From the NCBI GenBank assembly GCA_963575745.1, contig CAUYUJ010000248.1, positions 124,001 through 188,000 on the forward strand: 64,000 nucleotides of DNA, in the 5' to 3' direction. Position 1 is the stretch's first letter; every line of letters begins with the position of its first letter. The position numbers and the translations under genes are program-made. The notes below the pieces were generated by a model. The model was not told the DNA's origin. It saw nothing but the letters and a program-made list of their open reading frames with translations, and did no database searches. This stretch comes from Prorocentrum cordatum (lineage: Eukaryota). Shown piece after piece: positions 27,515-37,990 of the stretch.

Positions 27515-30500
27515 ATGCAGCTCGAGGCCGCGCACGCGCGGGAGGTCGAGTCGTTGCGGAGAGAGCTGCGGAAGATGAGCCAGAAGGCCACGAAGCAGGC
27601 CAGAGGAGGGAAATATACCAGTTCCCCCCCACGTTTCCCTCGGTTTCGCCTTGTCCGGCCTCTCGGGAAGCCCTCGTCGCCGCCGTTGAAGTGGCCGCGA
27701 GATCCTGGTCAGAACGCACCCACCCAGGGAGAGGTCCGGGGGGTACCAGCATCAGTATTTTTTCGTGTCCTCCCCCAGGCGGCCGACGTTGCCGCGCGGA
27801 ACTCGGAGGGCTCCACCAAGGACGGGACCCCGGGGACGGTGAACGACCCGCAGCAGGCTGGGCAGCAGGCCGAGCTCGGCTCCCAGGAGGGGGCCTGGCC
27901 CCGGCAGCACAGCTGGGACAGCGAGGCCGAGGTGTCCGAGGACACGTTCGACGACCCCTTCGTGGTCGCAGAGCGGGCGGGCTACGACAGGAACAGCATC
28001 GTGTGGAACCCGTTCGCGGAGAGGCAGAACGAGTTCTGTCAGTTCATGAACAGGTACCTCAAGAGCGGCGGGCAGTCGCGGAAGAGGCGAATTGCGTACA
28101 AGATTGCGAAGAGTTGGCCTTTCGATGCTGTGACGTATTTCATGATCATTGCTAATTCCTCCTTCATCGGCATTCGCATGCAACTTGATATGGACAACGC
28201 GCAGAGCAACACACCGGCGGAGATGTGGCCGGAATATGTCGAGCTCGGTTTTGTTGTTTTTTTTGCGCTTGAGCTCCTGTGCAAGCTGCTGGCGGAGGAC
28301 GTGTACGTCTTCTTTGGCACCGATTGGCACTGGAACCTGCTGGACACGATCCTGGTGCTTGCTGCTCTTGTGCAGCTGGCGATCGAGAGCGTCAACGGCT
28401 CCGACACACCGAACCTGACGCCGACCCGGAATATCAGGCTCTTTCGCATCACGCGGGTCTTGCGGGTCGTCAGGGTCGTGCAGGCATGCCAGACCTTGCG
28501 AGTCATGATCTTCTCAATATTCAAGTCTTTGGACGCGCTGATCTGGGTATTCGTAGTGTTATTGTACTTCATGTACATATTCGCGATGATCTTCATGCAT
28601 GGCACCCTTGCGTTCTTCGAGTCACACCTGGACAGCGGCGGAGGTGACCTTAGTCTTCAGGAACAACAGTTCTGGCTGACCCCGCAAGATCACATCGACT
28701 ACATGAAGTGCAGCTGGAGCAGCATCGACCGAGCAATCGTGACTCTCTTTGAGAGCGTCACAGGCGGGCGGGACTGGGGGGAGGTGTACTACTCTTTTCT
28801 CAGGGTCGACCCGTTTTACGGTCTCCTGTACTTCGGCTACGTGTATCCAAGAGGCGTACGCCTTTCCGTCGAGCCCCCGAGCAGGAGAGAAGTTCGTCGT
28901 GTTCGCTAGCTCGACGTCGGAGCCTCAGTGCTGGCGTTCGGCGAGGGTCCGAGGACTCTGGAGATGTTAGGGTTTGGCAGGAGTCAACCATCCTTCCTGG
29001 TGTTTTGTTCTCTGCTCGAGCCTCTGGGGAGACTCATGGAGCTGCTTGGGGGGCCATGCGAACACTGTTCAGCCACGCTGATAACAAACACAAGCGAATC
29101 TTGCCTCCTGAGGCCCTCTGGGGGGCGCTCTTGGAGCTCGTCTGGGACGTCATTGGAGGCCTCTTCGGCCGTCTTGCGGCCATCTTGGGTGTTGGTGAGG
29201 GCTCTCCAGAGTGTTGGAGCTCCTTTCTTGAGCCATCTTGGAAGACATCTTGAGGCCACCGCCCCAGAAGTGCGACGACGAGATCGTGACCCCCCCTCAA
29301 GCGATTGGGGTCCAGGAGCTCCAGCGAGGAAGAACAAGTGGCAAGGGGGTACAGCCAAGACGCTGGAACAAGGAACAGCTTGGGTTCGGAAGGGGCTCGA
29401 TGTTCCCTAGATCCTTCCAGCGGGAGCAACTCTCCCCTGACCCCAGGACTCCGAGAGCGGCCTTGCCTCCTCCCGAAGTGGCTGCCAGCGTATTCGACGC
29501 GAGCGAAAACAATGCTGCAACAATCCGAAACAGTGGTTCCCAGGATGGCCACAGAGGACACGGATTCTTCCCACGCCCGGCTATTCGCCCGCCTGGCAGT
29601 GCGGGCCACCGCGACTCTTATTCGGACCAAGGGACGGGCTGACAAAGAAAAACGGGCAAGAAAGATCCTTGTATGGCTGTTTCTCTAGCCCTCCTCGTGC
29701 ACTCAGGCGCTCTTGGGAGCCAAAGAGGGACTCCGTTCCTCGTTTGGCGTTCCTTGTCTCAGCAGCCCGATTGTACAGCCACTCATCTCATACGCTTCCT
29801 CGCTCCCGGCGCACGACGCCGAAGCCAAAAAAGTCGCCAGACTTGGCTGCGCTGCGGCCCCGGGCCCAGCCCCAGGACGCGCTGCAGAGGAGACTATTTT
29901 GGCCGACTGGTACGTGCCGCCTGAAGACCGAGGATGCCCTCGTCTTCAGGTGGGGCGCCGCGCTGGACGGGTTTATCCTCCAGCAAAGGCACAACCACGA
30001 CGACGTCGTGCACGAATTGGTTCAGTTGTCACGGATGAGGAGGAGGAGGAGGAGGAGGAGGAGGAGGAGGAGGAGGAGGAGGAAGAGGAGGAGGAGGAGG
30101 AGGAGGTGGAGGGGTCGAATCCTGGCGAATCCTGCCGTGGCGACCCCCCTGCGCGTTCATCCAGACGGACGCGCCGAAGCCAAAGTACGGCGGCGGATTT
30201 CATGGTGTTCTTGGTACTCAACGTTGTAATTGGCACTGTGGTGGATGTTACAACTGGCGTTGCCTCGAAGGACCGGGACCGTATGGTTGATCACGAGATC
30301 GCATCCCTCAAGACCTACGCAACTGACATCAAGACCTTCTTTAAGCAGGCAGATACAGACAACTCAGGCCAGCTCTCGTGGAAGGAATTCAAAGAACACT
30401 TAGAAAATGATCGTGTTAAAGCGTATTTCCAAACGCTGGATCTAGACATCCGCAAAGCTCACACGTTGTTCAAGCTGCTGGACCGCAACGACAACGGAGA

Positions 30501-30663
30501 GGTCGGGATCGAGGAGTTCCTCGACGGCTGCCTCCGCCTGAGGGGCCAGGCCAAGAGTCTCGACATGAACCTAGTGATCTACCAGTTGGAGACACTTGTC
30601 GAGGAGATCTCTCGGAAAAAGCCCACTCCAGGGCGTGGAAATGTGCGGGCCGAGACGACCTGA
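27515..30663 (+). CDS. Single-domain (6TM) voltage-gated Ca2+/Na+-type cation channel with two C-terminal EF-hands; exons ~27515-27598, 27779-28846, 30199-30663
   Basis: S1 FDAVTYFMIIANSSFIG; S2 ELLCKL; S3 WNLLD; S4 RNIRLFRITRVLRVVRVV; pore TLFESVTGGRDWG; S6 GYVY|FMVFLVLNVVIG; EF-hands DTDNSGQLSWKE and DRNDNGEVGIEE. Intron 27599-27778 is GC-AG, 180 nt and in frame. Start codon uncertain. Confidence 0.9.
29352..29773 (+). mobile_element. Tc1/mariner-like MITE (TA flanks) carrying an internal ~250-bp insertion
   Basis: TA|CAGCC...ATTG|TA; its two halves match the uninterrupted copy at 58689-58852. Confidence 0.65.
29780..30105 (+). mobile_element. 5'-truncated LINE 3' end with (GAG)n tail inside the channel gene interruption
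   Basis: PQDALQRRLFWPTG peptide homologous to 8234-9080, followed by (GAG)n. Confidence 0.6.
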
Positions 30664-31932
30664 GTCGAGTCTTGGGGTTTGCGACGGCCCGAGACGAGGC
30701 ACCGCCATCGCGCGACATGCGTTGACTCCAGCTGGCCTGCAAGAGGCTTTGCAAGTGGTTTCTGGTGAAACTCCAGGGATCGACTCTGCATCTCTTTTCT
30801 GCTCGGCGCCGCGTAGTGCACAAGCAGGAGAGACGGCGAGGCGCCATGCGACCGCCCAGCCTACGGAAGGTTCGTGTCGTGTTGACCAGCGACCACCCCG
30901 CCGCCGGCGTCGGCGTTCAACGTTGAACGCCGCCAGCGACCCAGAACCGATCGATTTTGAACGATCTGACGGTTCGGAAACGGCCGACCGTTCAAGGTGG
31001 AACGATCCCTGCGGTGTCAGGAGCTAACGCAGAAGGCGGCACGACATGAACTTGTCGTAGTCCCGGCGACTGACTCTGCACTCGCGCGCCATCGCTTCTC
31101 CTGTTCCAGGGCGGCCTTTGCCCAGAGTGGCCGCGCCAGGGCACCAGCACGGTCGCGCTTCTCGCGGGCGCGAGAGCGCGAAGTTGGGTGGCCTTTGCAG
31201 GCCCTCCGCCCGTCGCCAGGGGGGCGCCCCGGGGGGTTTTCCGCGCGGCGCATAATCTGGCGACGAAACCTATACATATTCGTTGCTCCTTGGCCATGCC
31301 CATCCTGAAACAAGTAGCTGTGCATACGCCCTCCTGGCCAAGCAAGGAGGGCGTGGCGTATACACCGCTGCTGGGTTCAGGATGGGCCTGGCCAGGGAGC
31401 AGTGGATATTTATAGATTTGGTCGCCCTACATAGAAGCCCGCACCCCCGCAAGCCCGGCCCGGCAATTGTCTGTCCCCGAAAAACTCGCCGGGGACGTTG
31501 TTTCACAGAGGGCCTGCGCTGAACGGCACCTCCTTCTGCATACGTCGGTACTGCTGCCCCGTGAAAGGGGAAAAGATGGCTCGGCGCCCGCGTTGCCTGG
31601 CCGCTCGAGCGCCTCCTGGCATAGACAGCGCCACGGCTCGCCAGCTGCGGGGGGCGACGCGAGCCACCCGCCTGGCCGCTCGGAGCCGATCAGGAGCCAC
31701 TGAGCACCCCGCGTCCAGATCACCCACGGGGGCGCGAAGATAATCGCGCTTCGTGCGTCGCGGCCTGAGCCAGAGCGGCTGCCATGCGGCGTGGGGGCGC
31801 GAGGGGCGAAGTCAGGTGACCGAGGGCGCTGCAAGTCGTTACGCAGCGGGCGATTGCCCCCAATCCCGGGCCCCAGGACAGTCACGGAACGATCCGCCTC
31901 GAGAAGTGCTGCAGGGATGTTGGGTCTGGGGC

Positions 31933-31933
<1 letters not shown>

Positions 31934-32012
<79 letters not shown>

Positions 32013-32394
32013 GCGACGACGATGATGATGATGGTGATGGTGATGGTGATGGTGATGGTGATGGTGATGGTGATTGTTGTGATGGTGATGGTGATGGTGA
32101 TGATGAGGATGAGGATGAGGATGAGGATGAGGATGAGGATGAGGATGAGGATGAGGATGAGGATGAGGATGAGGATGATGGTGATGGTGATGGTGATGAT
32201 GCTGATGGTGATGGTGATGGTGACGGCGATGGTGATGGTGATGGTGATGGAGATGATGATGATGGTGATGGTGATGGTGATGGTGATGGCGATGGTGATG
32301 GTGCTGGTGCTGGTGCTGGTGGTGATGGTTGTGGTGGTGGTGCTGACGATGATGATCGTGATGGTGATGGTGATGATGATATTGGTGGTGCTGG

Positions 32395-32425
<31 letters not shown>

Positions 32426-32740
32426 GAGGATGAGGATGAGGATGCTGGCTGTCTTTAGGGCGGGTTTAGGTTGAATCGGTTGAGTGTTTTTGTGTTTTGA
32501 TGCCGACGACGATTGTAATGATGGTGATTATCAAATCGTAGTGCTGATGGTGGTGGCGATGGTGATGGTGATGATGGCGGTGCTCATCACATCCACAATC
32601 ACCATCATCACCATCACCATCATCACCATCACAACCGCCCTCACCATACCATCATCACCATCCCCATCATCATCATCATCATCATCATCATCACCATCCA
32701 TACCATCAGCATCGCCATCACCATCACCATCGTCACCATT
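31934..32740. repeat. (GAT/GGT/GAG)n and (CAT/CAC)n compound microsatellite
   Basis: Directly visible. Confidence 0.95.
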
Positions 32741-32927
32741 GTGGTCCGTAGGACTTGGCTCAAGGTAATGTCATGGAGCTCTAACATGCTATGTAAGAGC
32801 TCCTTGGGAGCTCTAACATGCTATGGTAGATTTCGATGTGAGGGTTGTGAACTCTAACATGCTATGTTAGAGCTCGATGGGAGCTCTAACATAGCATGTT
32901 AGAGCTCCCATCGAGCCGTCCCCCCCG

Positions 32928-32992
<65 letters not shown>

Positions 32993-33469
32993 CCATCGGG
33001 CACGTCCGCATGCCGCCCCCCCCGCCGTCGTCGTCGTCGTCGTCGTCGTCGTCGCGGTCGTCGTTGTCGTCGTCCCATTAAGGCACACCCTCACACGTCT
33101 TGTCGGCCTCACGTGGAGCTCCGCCGAAGGCTCCAATGAGCATTTCCATTTTGCGCGTCCGCCTCATTTCGGCAACCCCCTCAGACGCTTCGCGGCCCCC
33201 ATCCGCAATGCCTCGGGCTCCACCCCTCTGGCGGCGCGCTACCTATGAGGAGAGAGTCATCCTGCGCCACTCGCAGCTGCATGGGGTTGGGCCCTTACGA
33301 CGGCGACGACTTCCACGAGGACGACGAGGTGAAGACGGCGACGACGACGACGACGACACATCCTCTCCGCAGCCGCCTCCTCATCCTCCTCTCCTTTCCT
33401 CCCACGTACCTGGTCATCCATCCAACCTTCCACTGTGTTCCTCCCACGAATCCTCGTCGTCGTTGTCCT

Positions 33470-33648
33470 CCTCCTCCTCCTCCTCCTCCTCCTGCTCATC
33501 CTCCTGATCCCCCTGTGCCTCGTACCCTGCATCCCCCTCTCCTCGCCTTTCTTCTTCTTCCTCCTCATCATTATCATCACCATCATCATCGTCAGCAGCA
33601 GCAGTATCGGCATCCTCAGCATCATCATCATAGTCGTCAACATCATCG

Positions 33649-33680
<32 letters not shown>

Positions 33681-35044
33681 GTTCTCATCATCATAATCAG
33701 CATCCCCCCGTGGCCCATGGCCCTCTTCCTGCTCACCCTTTTTCCTGCTCTCCTGCCCCTCCTGCTCCTCATCCTCCTCCTTCTCCTCCTCCTCACGCTC
33801 CCCCTCGCCCCCCTCCTCCTCCTCCTCCGCTCCGCCTCCCCCCCTCCCCCACCAGCAGCAGCAGCACTAGCACCAGCAGCAGCGCCAGCAGCACCACCAT
33901 CAGCAGCAGCAGCAGCAGCAACTGCCGCAGCAGCAGCATCACTGGCAGCACCGACAGCAGCACCACGAGCACCTGCAGCAGCATTACCACTAGCAGCAGC
34001 AGCAGCAGCAGTAGCAGCAGCCTTATTGGGCCATCTTGGGGCCATCTTGGGGCCTCGGATGGTCATCGGAAGCGAAAATGCGAGAAGGCACAAATCACAT
34101 TTTGTTTAGTTTTTAAAGGAGTTTGGCATATTGGGGGCCTCCTTGGAGGTCTCCGAGGCCGTTTGGAGCCGTCTTGGAGCGTTCTTGGGGCCCCTTGGAG
34201 AATCTGCGGGGCCATCTTGAGGCATCTTAGGCTATCTTGAAGCATCTCGGAGGTCATCTTGGGCTCTCCGAGGCGCTCTTGGAGCCGTCTTGGGCCATCT
34301 TGGGCGCTCTAACTACCCGCGGGGCGCCCCGTCCAGGTCCAGGGGAGGGGGTAGGGGGAGGGGGGGCGTGAGGAGGAGGAGAAGGAGGATGATGAGGAGC
34401 AGGAGGAGCAGGATAGCAGGAAAAAGGGCATCATCATCGTCATCATCATCATCATCATCATCATCATCGTCATCATCACCGTCATCATCGTAATCAGCAT
34501 CCCCACATGGCCCATGTCCCTCTTCCTGCTCACCCTTTTGCCTGCTATCCTGCTCCTCCTGCTCCTCATCCTCCTCCTTCTCCTCCTCCTCACGCTCCCC
34601 CTCCCCCTTTACCCCCTCCCCTGGACCTGGACGGGGCGCCCCGCGGGTAGTTAGAGCGCCCAAGATGGCCCAAGACGGCTCCAAGAGCGCCTCGGAGAGC
34701 CCAAGATGACCTCCGAGATGTTTCAAGATAGCCTAAGATGCTTCAAGATGGCACCGAAGATTCTCCAAGGGGGCCCAAGAACGCTCCAAGACGGCTCCAA
34801 GAGGCCTCGGAGACCTCCAAGGAGGCCCCCAAGATGCCAACATCCGTAAAAACTTACAGGCAAAATGTGATGTGTGCCTTCTCGCCTTTTCGCTTCCGAT
34901 GACCATCCGAGGCCCCAAGATGGCTCCAAGATGGCCCAAGAGGGATGCTGCTAGTTCTGCTGCTGCTGCTGCTGCTGCTGCTAGTGGTAATGCTGCTGCA
35001 GGTGCTCGTGGTGCTGCTGCAGGTGCTGCCAGTGATGCTGCTGC

Positions 35045-35077
<33 letters not shown>

Positions 35078-35617
35078 TGATGGTGCTGCTGCTGGTGCTG
35101 CTGCTGGTGCTAGTGCTGCTGCTGCTGGTGGGGGAGGGGGGGAGGCGGAGCGGAGGAGGAGGAGGAGGAGGAGGAGGAGGAGGAGGAGGGAGATGAGGGG
35201 GGGCGTGAGGAGGAGGAGAAGGAGGAGGATGAGGAGCAGGAGGAGCAGGAGAGCAGGAAAAAGGGTGAGCAGGAGGAGGGCCATGGGCCACGGGGGGATG
35301 CTGATTACGATGATGATAACGATGATAATGATAATGATGATGATGATGATGATGATGAGGATGATGACGACTATTATTATTAATAATATTAATATTATTA
35401 TTATGATGATGACGATGATGATGATGATGGCGACGACGATGATGATGATGATGCTGATGATGATGATGCTGAGGATGCCGATACTGCTGCTGCTGCTGAT
35501 GATGATGGTGGTGATGATGATGAGGAGGAGGGGGAAGAAGAAGAAGAAAGGCGAGGAGAGGGGGATGCAGGGTACGAGGCACAGGGGGATCAGGAGGATG
35601 AGCAGGAGGAGGAGGAC
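33470..35617. repeat. ~2.1-kb imperfect palindrome (inverted duplication of a ~1-kb repeat)
   Basis: cctgatccccctgtgcctcgtaccctgcatc (~33500) is the reverse complement of ~35560-35600; arms align inward to a centre near 34440-34490; third partial copy at 36860-37480. Confidence 0.85.
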
Positions 35618-35619
35618 AA

Positions 35620-36290
35620 CGTTTGCGCAACGGTTAAGGCCCCCCCCTGGCGAGACGGGGGGCCTTAACCGTTGCGCAATCGATTGTGAAACGGTTAAGG
35701 GGCGGCGGCGGCGGCGGCGGCGGCCGGCGGCGGCGGCGGCGGCGCTGAACCGTTTCACAATCGATTTCGCAACGGTTAAGACCCCCCCCTGGCGAGAGGG
35801 GGGTCTTAACCGTTGCGCAATCGATTGTGAAACGGTTAAGGGGCGGCGGCGGCAGCGGCGGCGGCGGCGGAGCGCTTAACCGTTTGACAATCGATTGCGC
35901 AACGGTTAAGGCCCCCCCTGGCGAGAGGGGGGTCTTAACCGTTGCGCAATCGATTGTGAAACGGTTAAGCGGTTACGGAGCGGCGGCGGCGGCGGCGGCG
36001 GCGGCTGCGGCGCTTAACCGTTTCACAATCGATTGCGCAACGGTTAAGGCAGGGGGGGGCTTGCGCAATCGATAAACGCGAAGGCGCAACGGTTAAGGCT
36101 CCCCCCTGGCGAGAGGGGGTCTTAACCGTTGCGCAATCGATTGTGAAACTGTTAAGGGGCGGCGGCGGCGGAGGAGCGCCTAACCGTTCCACAATCGATT
36201 GCACAACGGTTAAGACCCCCCTGGCGAGAGGGGGATCTTAACCATTGCGCAATCGATTGTAAAACGGTTAAGGGGCGGCGGCGGCGGCGG
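35620..36290. repeat. Palindromic satellite TTAACCGTTGCGCAATCGATTGTGAAACGGTTAA with GC-rich spacers
   Basis: About 10 near-palindromic units separated by ccccctggcgagaggggg or (GGC)n. Confidence 0.9.
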
Positions 36291-36296
36291 CGGGTA

Positions 36297-36720
36297 GGTT
36301 AGAGCTCCCAGGGAGCTCTAACATGGTATGTTACAGCTCCAGGGAGCTCTAACATGTTATGTTAGAGCTCCCAGGGAGCTCTAACATGGCATGTTCGAGC
36401 TCCCACGGAGCTCTAACATAGCATGTTAGAGTATGTTAGAGCTCCCTGGGAGCTCTAACATCGTATGTTACAGCTCCGTGGGAGCTCTAACATAGCATGT
36501 TAGAGCTCCATGTGAGATCTAACATGCCATGGTAGAGTTCCACGGGAGCTCTAACATAGCATGTTAGAGCTCCACGGGGGCTCTAACATCCTATGTTAGA
36601 GCTCCCAGGAAGATCTAACGTAGCTTGTTCGAGCTCCCTGAAGCTCGAACATACCATGTTAGAGCTCCCTGGGAGCTCTAACATGCCATGTTAGAGCTCC
36701 CTGGGAGCTCTACCATGTGA
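36297..36720. repeat. ~31-33-bp palindromic satellite GAGCTCTAACATAGCATGTTAGAGCTC
   Basis: Tandem units; further arrays at 32775-32910 and 37488-37800. Confidence 0.9.
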
Positions 36721-37990
36721 GGGAAATCGATCAACGAAGGGGGATCCCTCAAATCGCCCTGCCCCTCGGGAACCCACAAAATAGCCTCCTGGACCCCTCT
36801 TGGGGCGCTCTTGGAGCGCTCTTGGGCGCTCTTGGGGCCGTATTGGGGCTCTCTTGGCCCCCTCTTGGGGCCCTCTTGGGCCATCTTGGAGCCATCTTGG
36901 GGCCTCGGATGGTCATCGGAAGCGAAAAGGCGAGAAGGCACAAATCACATATTTTCTGTAAGTTTTAAAGGATTTTGGCATCTTGGGGGCCTCCTTGGAG
37001 GTCTCCGAGGCCTCTTGGAGCCGTCTTGGAGCGTTCTTGGGGCCCCTTGGAGAATCTTCGGGGCCATCTTGAGGCATCTTAGGCTATCTTGAAGCATCTC
37101 GGAGGTCATCTTGGGCTCTCCGAGGCGCTCTTGGAGCCGTCTTGGGCCATCTTGGGCTCTCTAACTACCCGCGGGGCGCCCCGCCCAGGTCCAGGGGGGG
37201 GCAGGGGGAGGGGGGGCGCGAGGAGGAGGAGAAGGAGGAGGATGAGGAGCAGGAGGAGCAGGATAGCAGGAACAAGGGTGAGCAGGAGGAGGGCCATGGG
37301 CCATGGGGGGATGCTGATTACGATGATGACGGTGATGATGACGATGATGATGATGACGATGATGATGATGACGACGATGCTGATGATGATGATGACGACG
37401 ACGATGATGATGACGATGACGATGATGATGATGCTGCTGATGACGACGACGACGATGATGATTATGATGACGATTAGGGCTCACATGGAGCTCTAACATG
37501 GCACGTGAAACCATGTTAGAGCTCCCAGGGAGCTCTAACATGCTATGTTAGAGCTCCCTGGGAGCTCTAACGTGCCATGCTCGAGTCATGCTCGAGCTAC
37601 TTGGGAGCTGTAACCTGCCATGCTCGAGCTCCCAGGGAGCTCGACCCTGCTATGTGAGAGCTCCCATGGAGCTATAACATAGCATGTTAGAGCTCCCATG
37701 GAGCTCTAACCTAGCATGTCAGATCTCCCAGGGAGCTCTAACATAGCATGTGAGAGCTCCGATGGAGCTCTCGAGCTCTACATTGCATGTTAGAGCTCCG
37801 ACGGAACCCTAATCTCCGAGGTCAGAGCTCAGCCTATCATGCTGCACCTCACTAGCCTTCATGTTAGGCCTTCAAGGGAGGTTCCACTCTTCCCCCGAGA
37901 TGCCGTCGTCGTCCCCTCTATCCCGCCCTTCCCTCCAGGGGGAGCTCAGTCGCCGTCGTTCCCCTCTCCTCCATCCGCCCCTCTCCGCAG

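Noticed and set aside
28843..28851. GTATCC as a bona fide U12 donor
   Set aside because: It continues AAG rather than TT, I saw no TCCTTAAC branch site, and no AG/AC acceptor restores the S6 register. It is noted only as a resemblance.
29713..30198. N-terminal half of the 316-aa ORF containing poly-Glu
   Set aside because: It is read-through of a MITE, a LINE fragment and (GAG)n; channel homology begins only at FMVFLVLN (30199).
33240..33300. EERVILRHSQLHGV as the missing kinase N-lobe exon
   Set aside because: The similarity is too weak; there is no Gly-rich loop, VAIK or HRD motif.
31791..35879. Long poly-M, poly-H, poly-A and poly-R ORFs
   Set aside because: They are translations of trinucleotide microsatellites with no domain content.
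35620..37800. Palindromic ~32-34-bp repeats resembling a CRISPR array
   Set aside because: Spacers are absent or themselves repeated, no cas genes are present, and the context is eukaryotic satellite.
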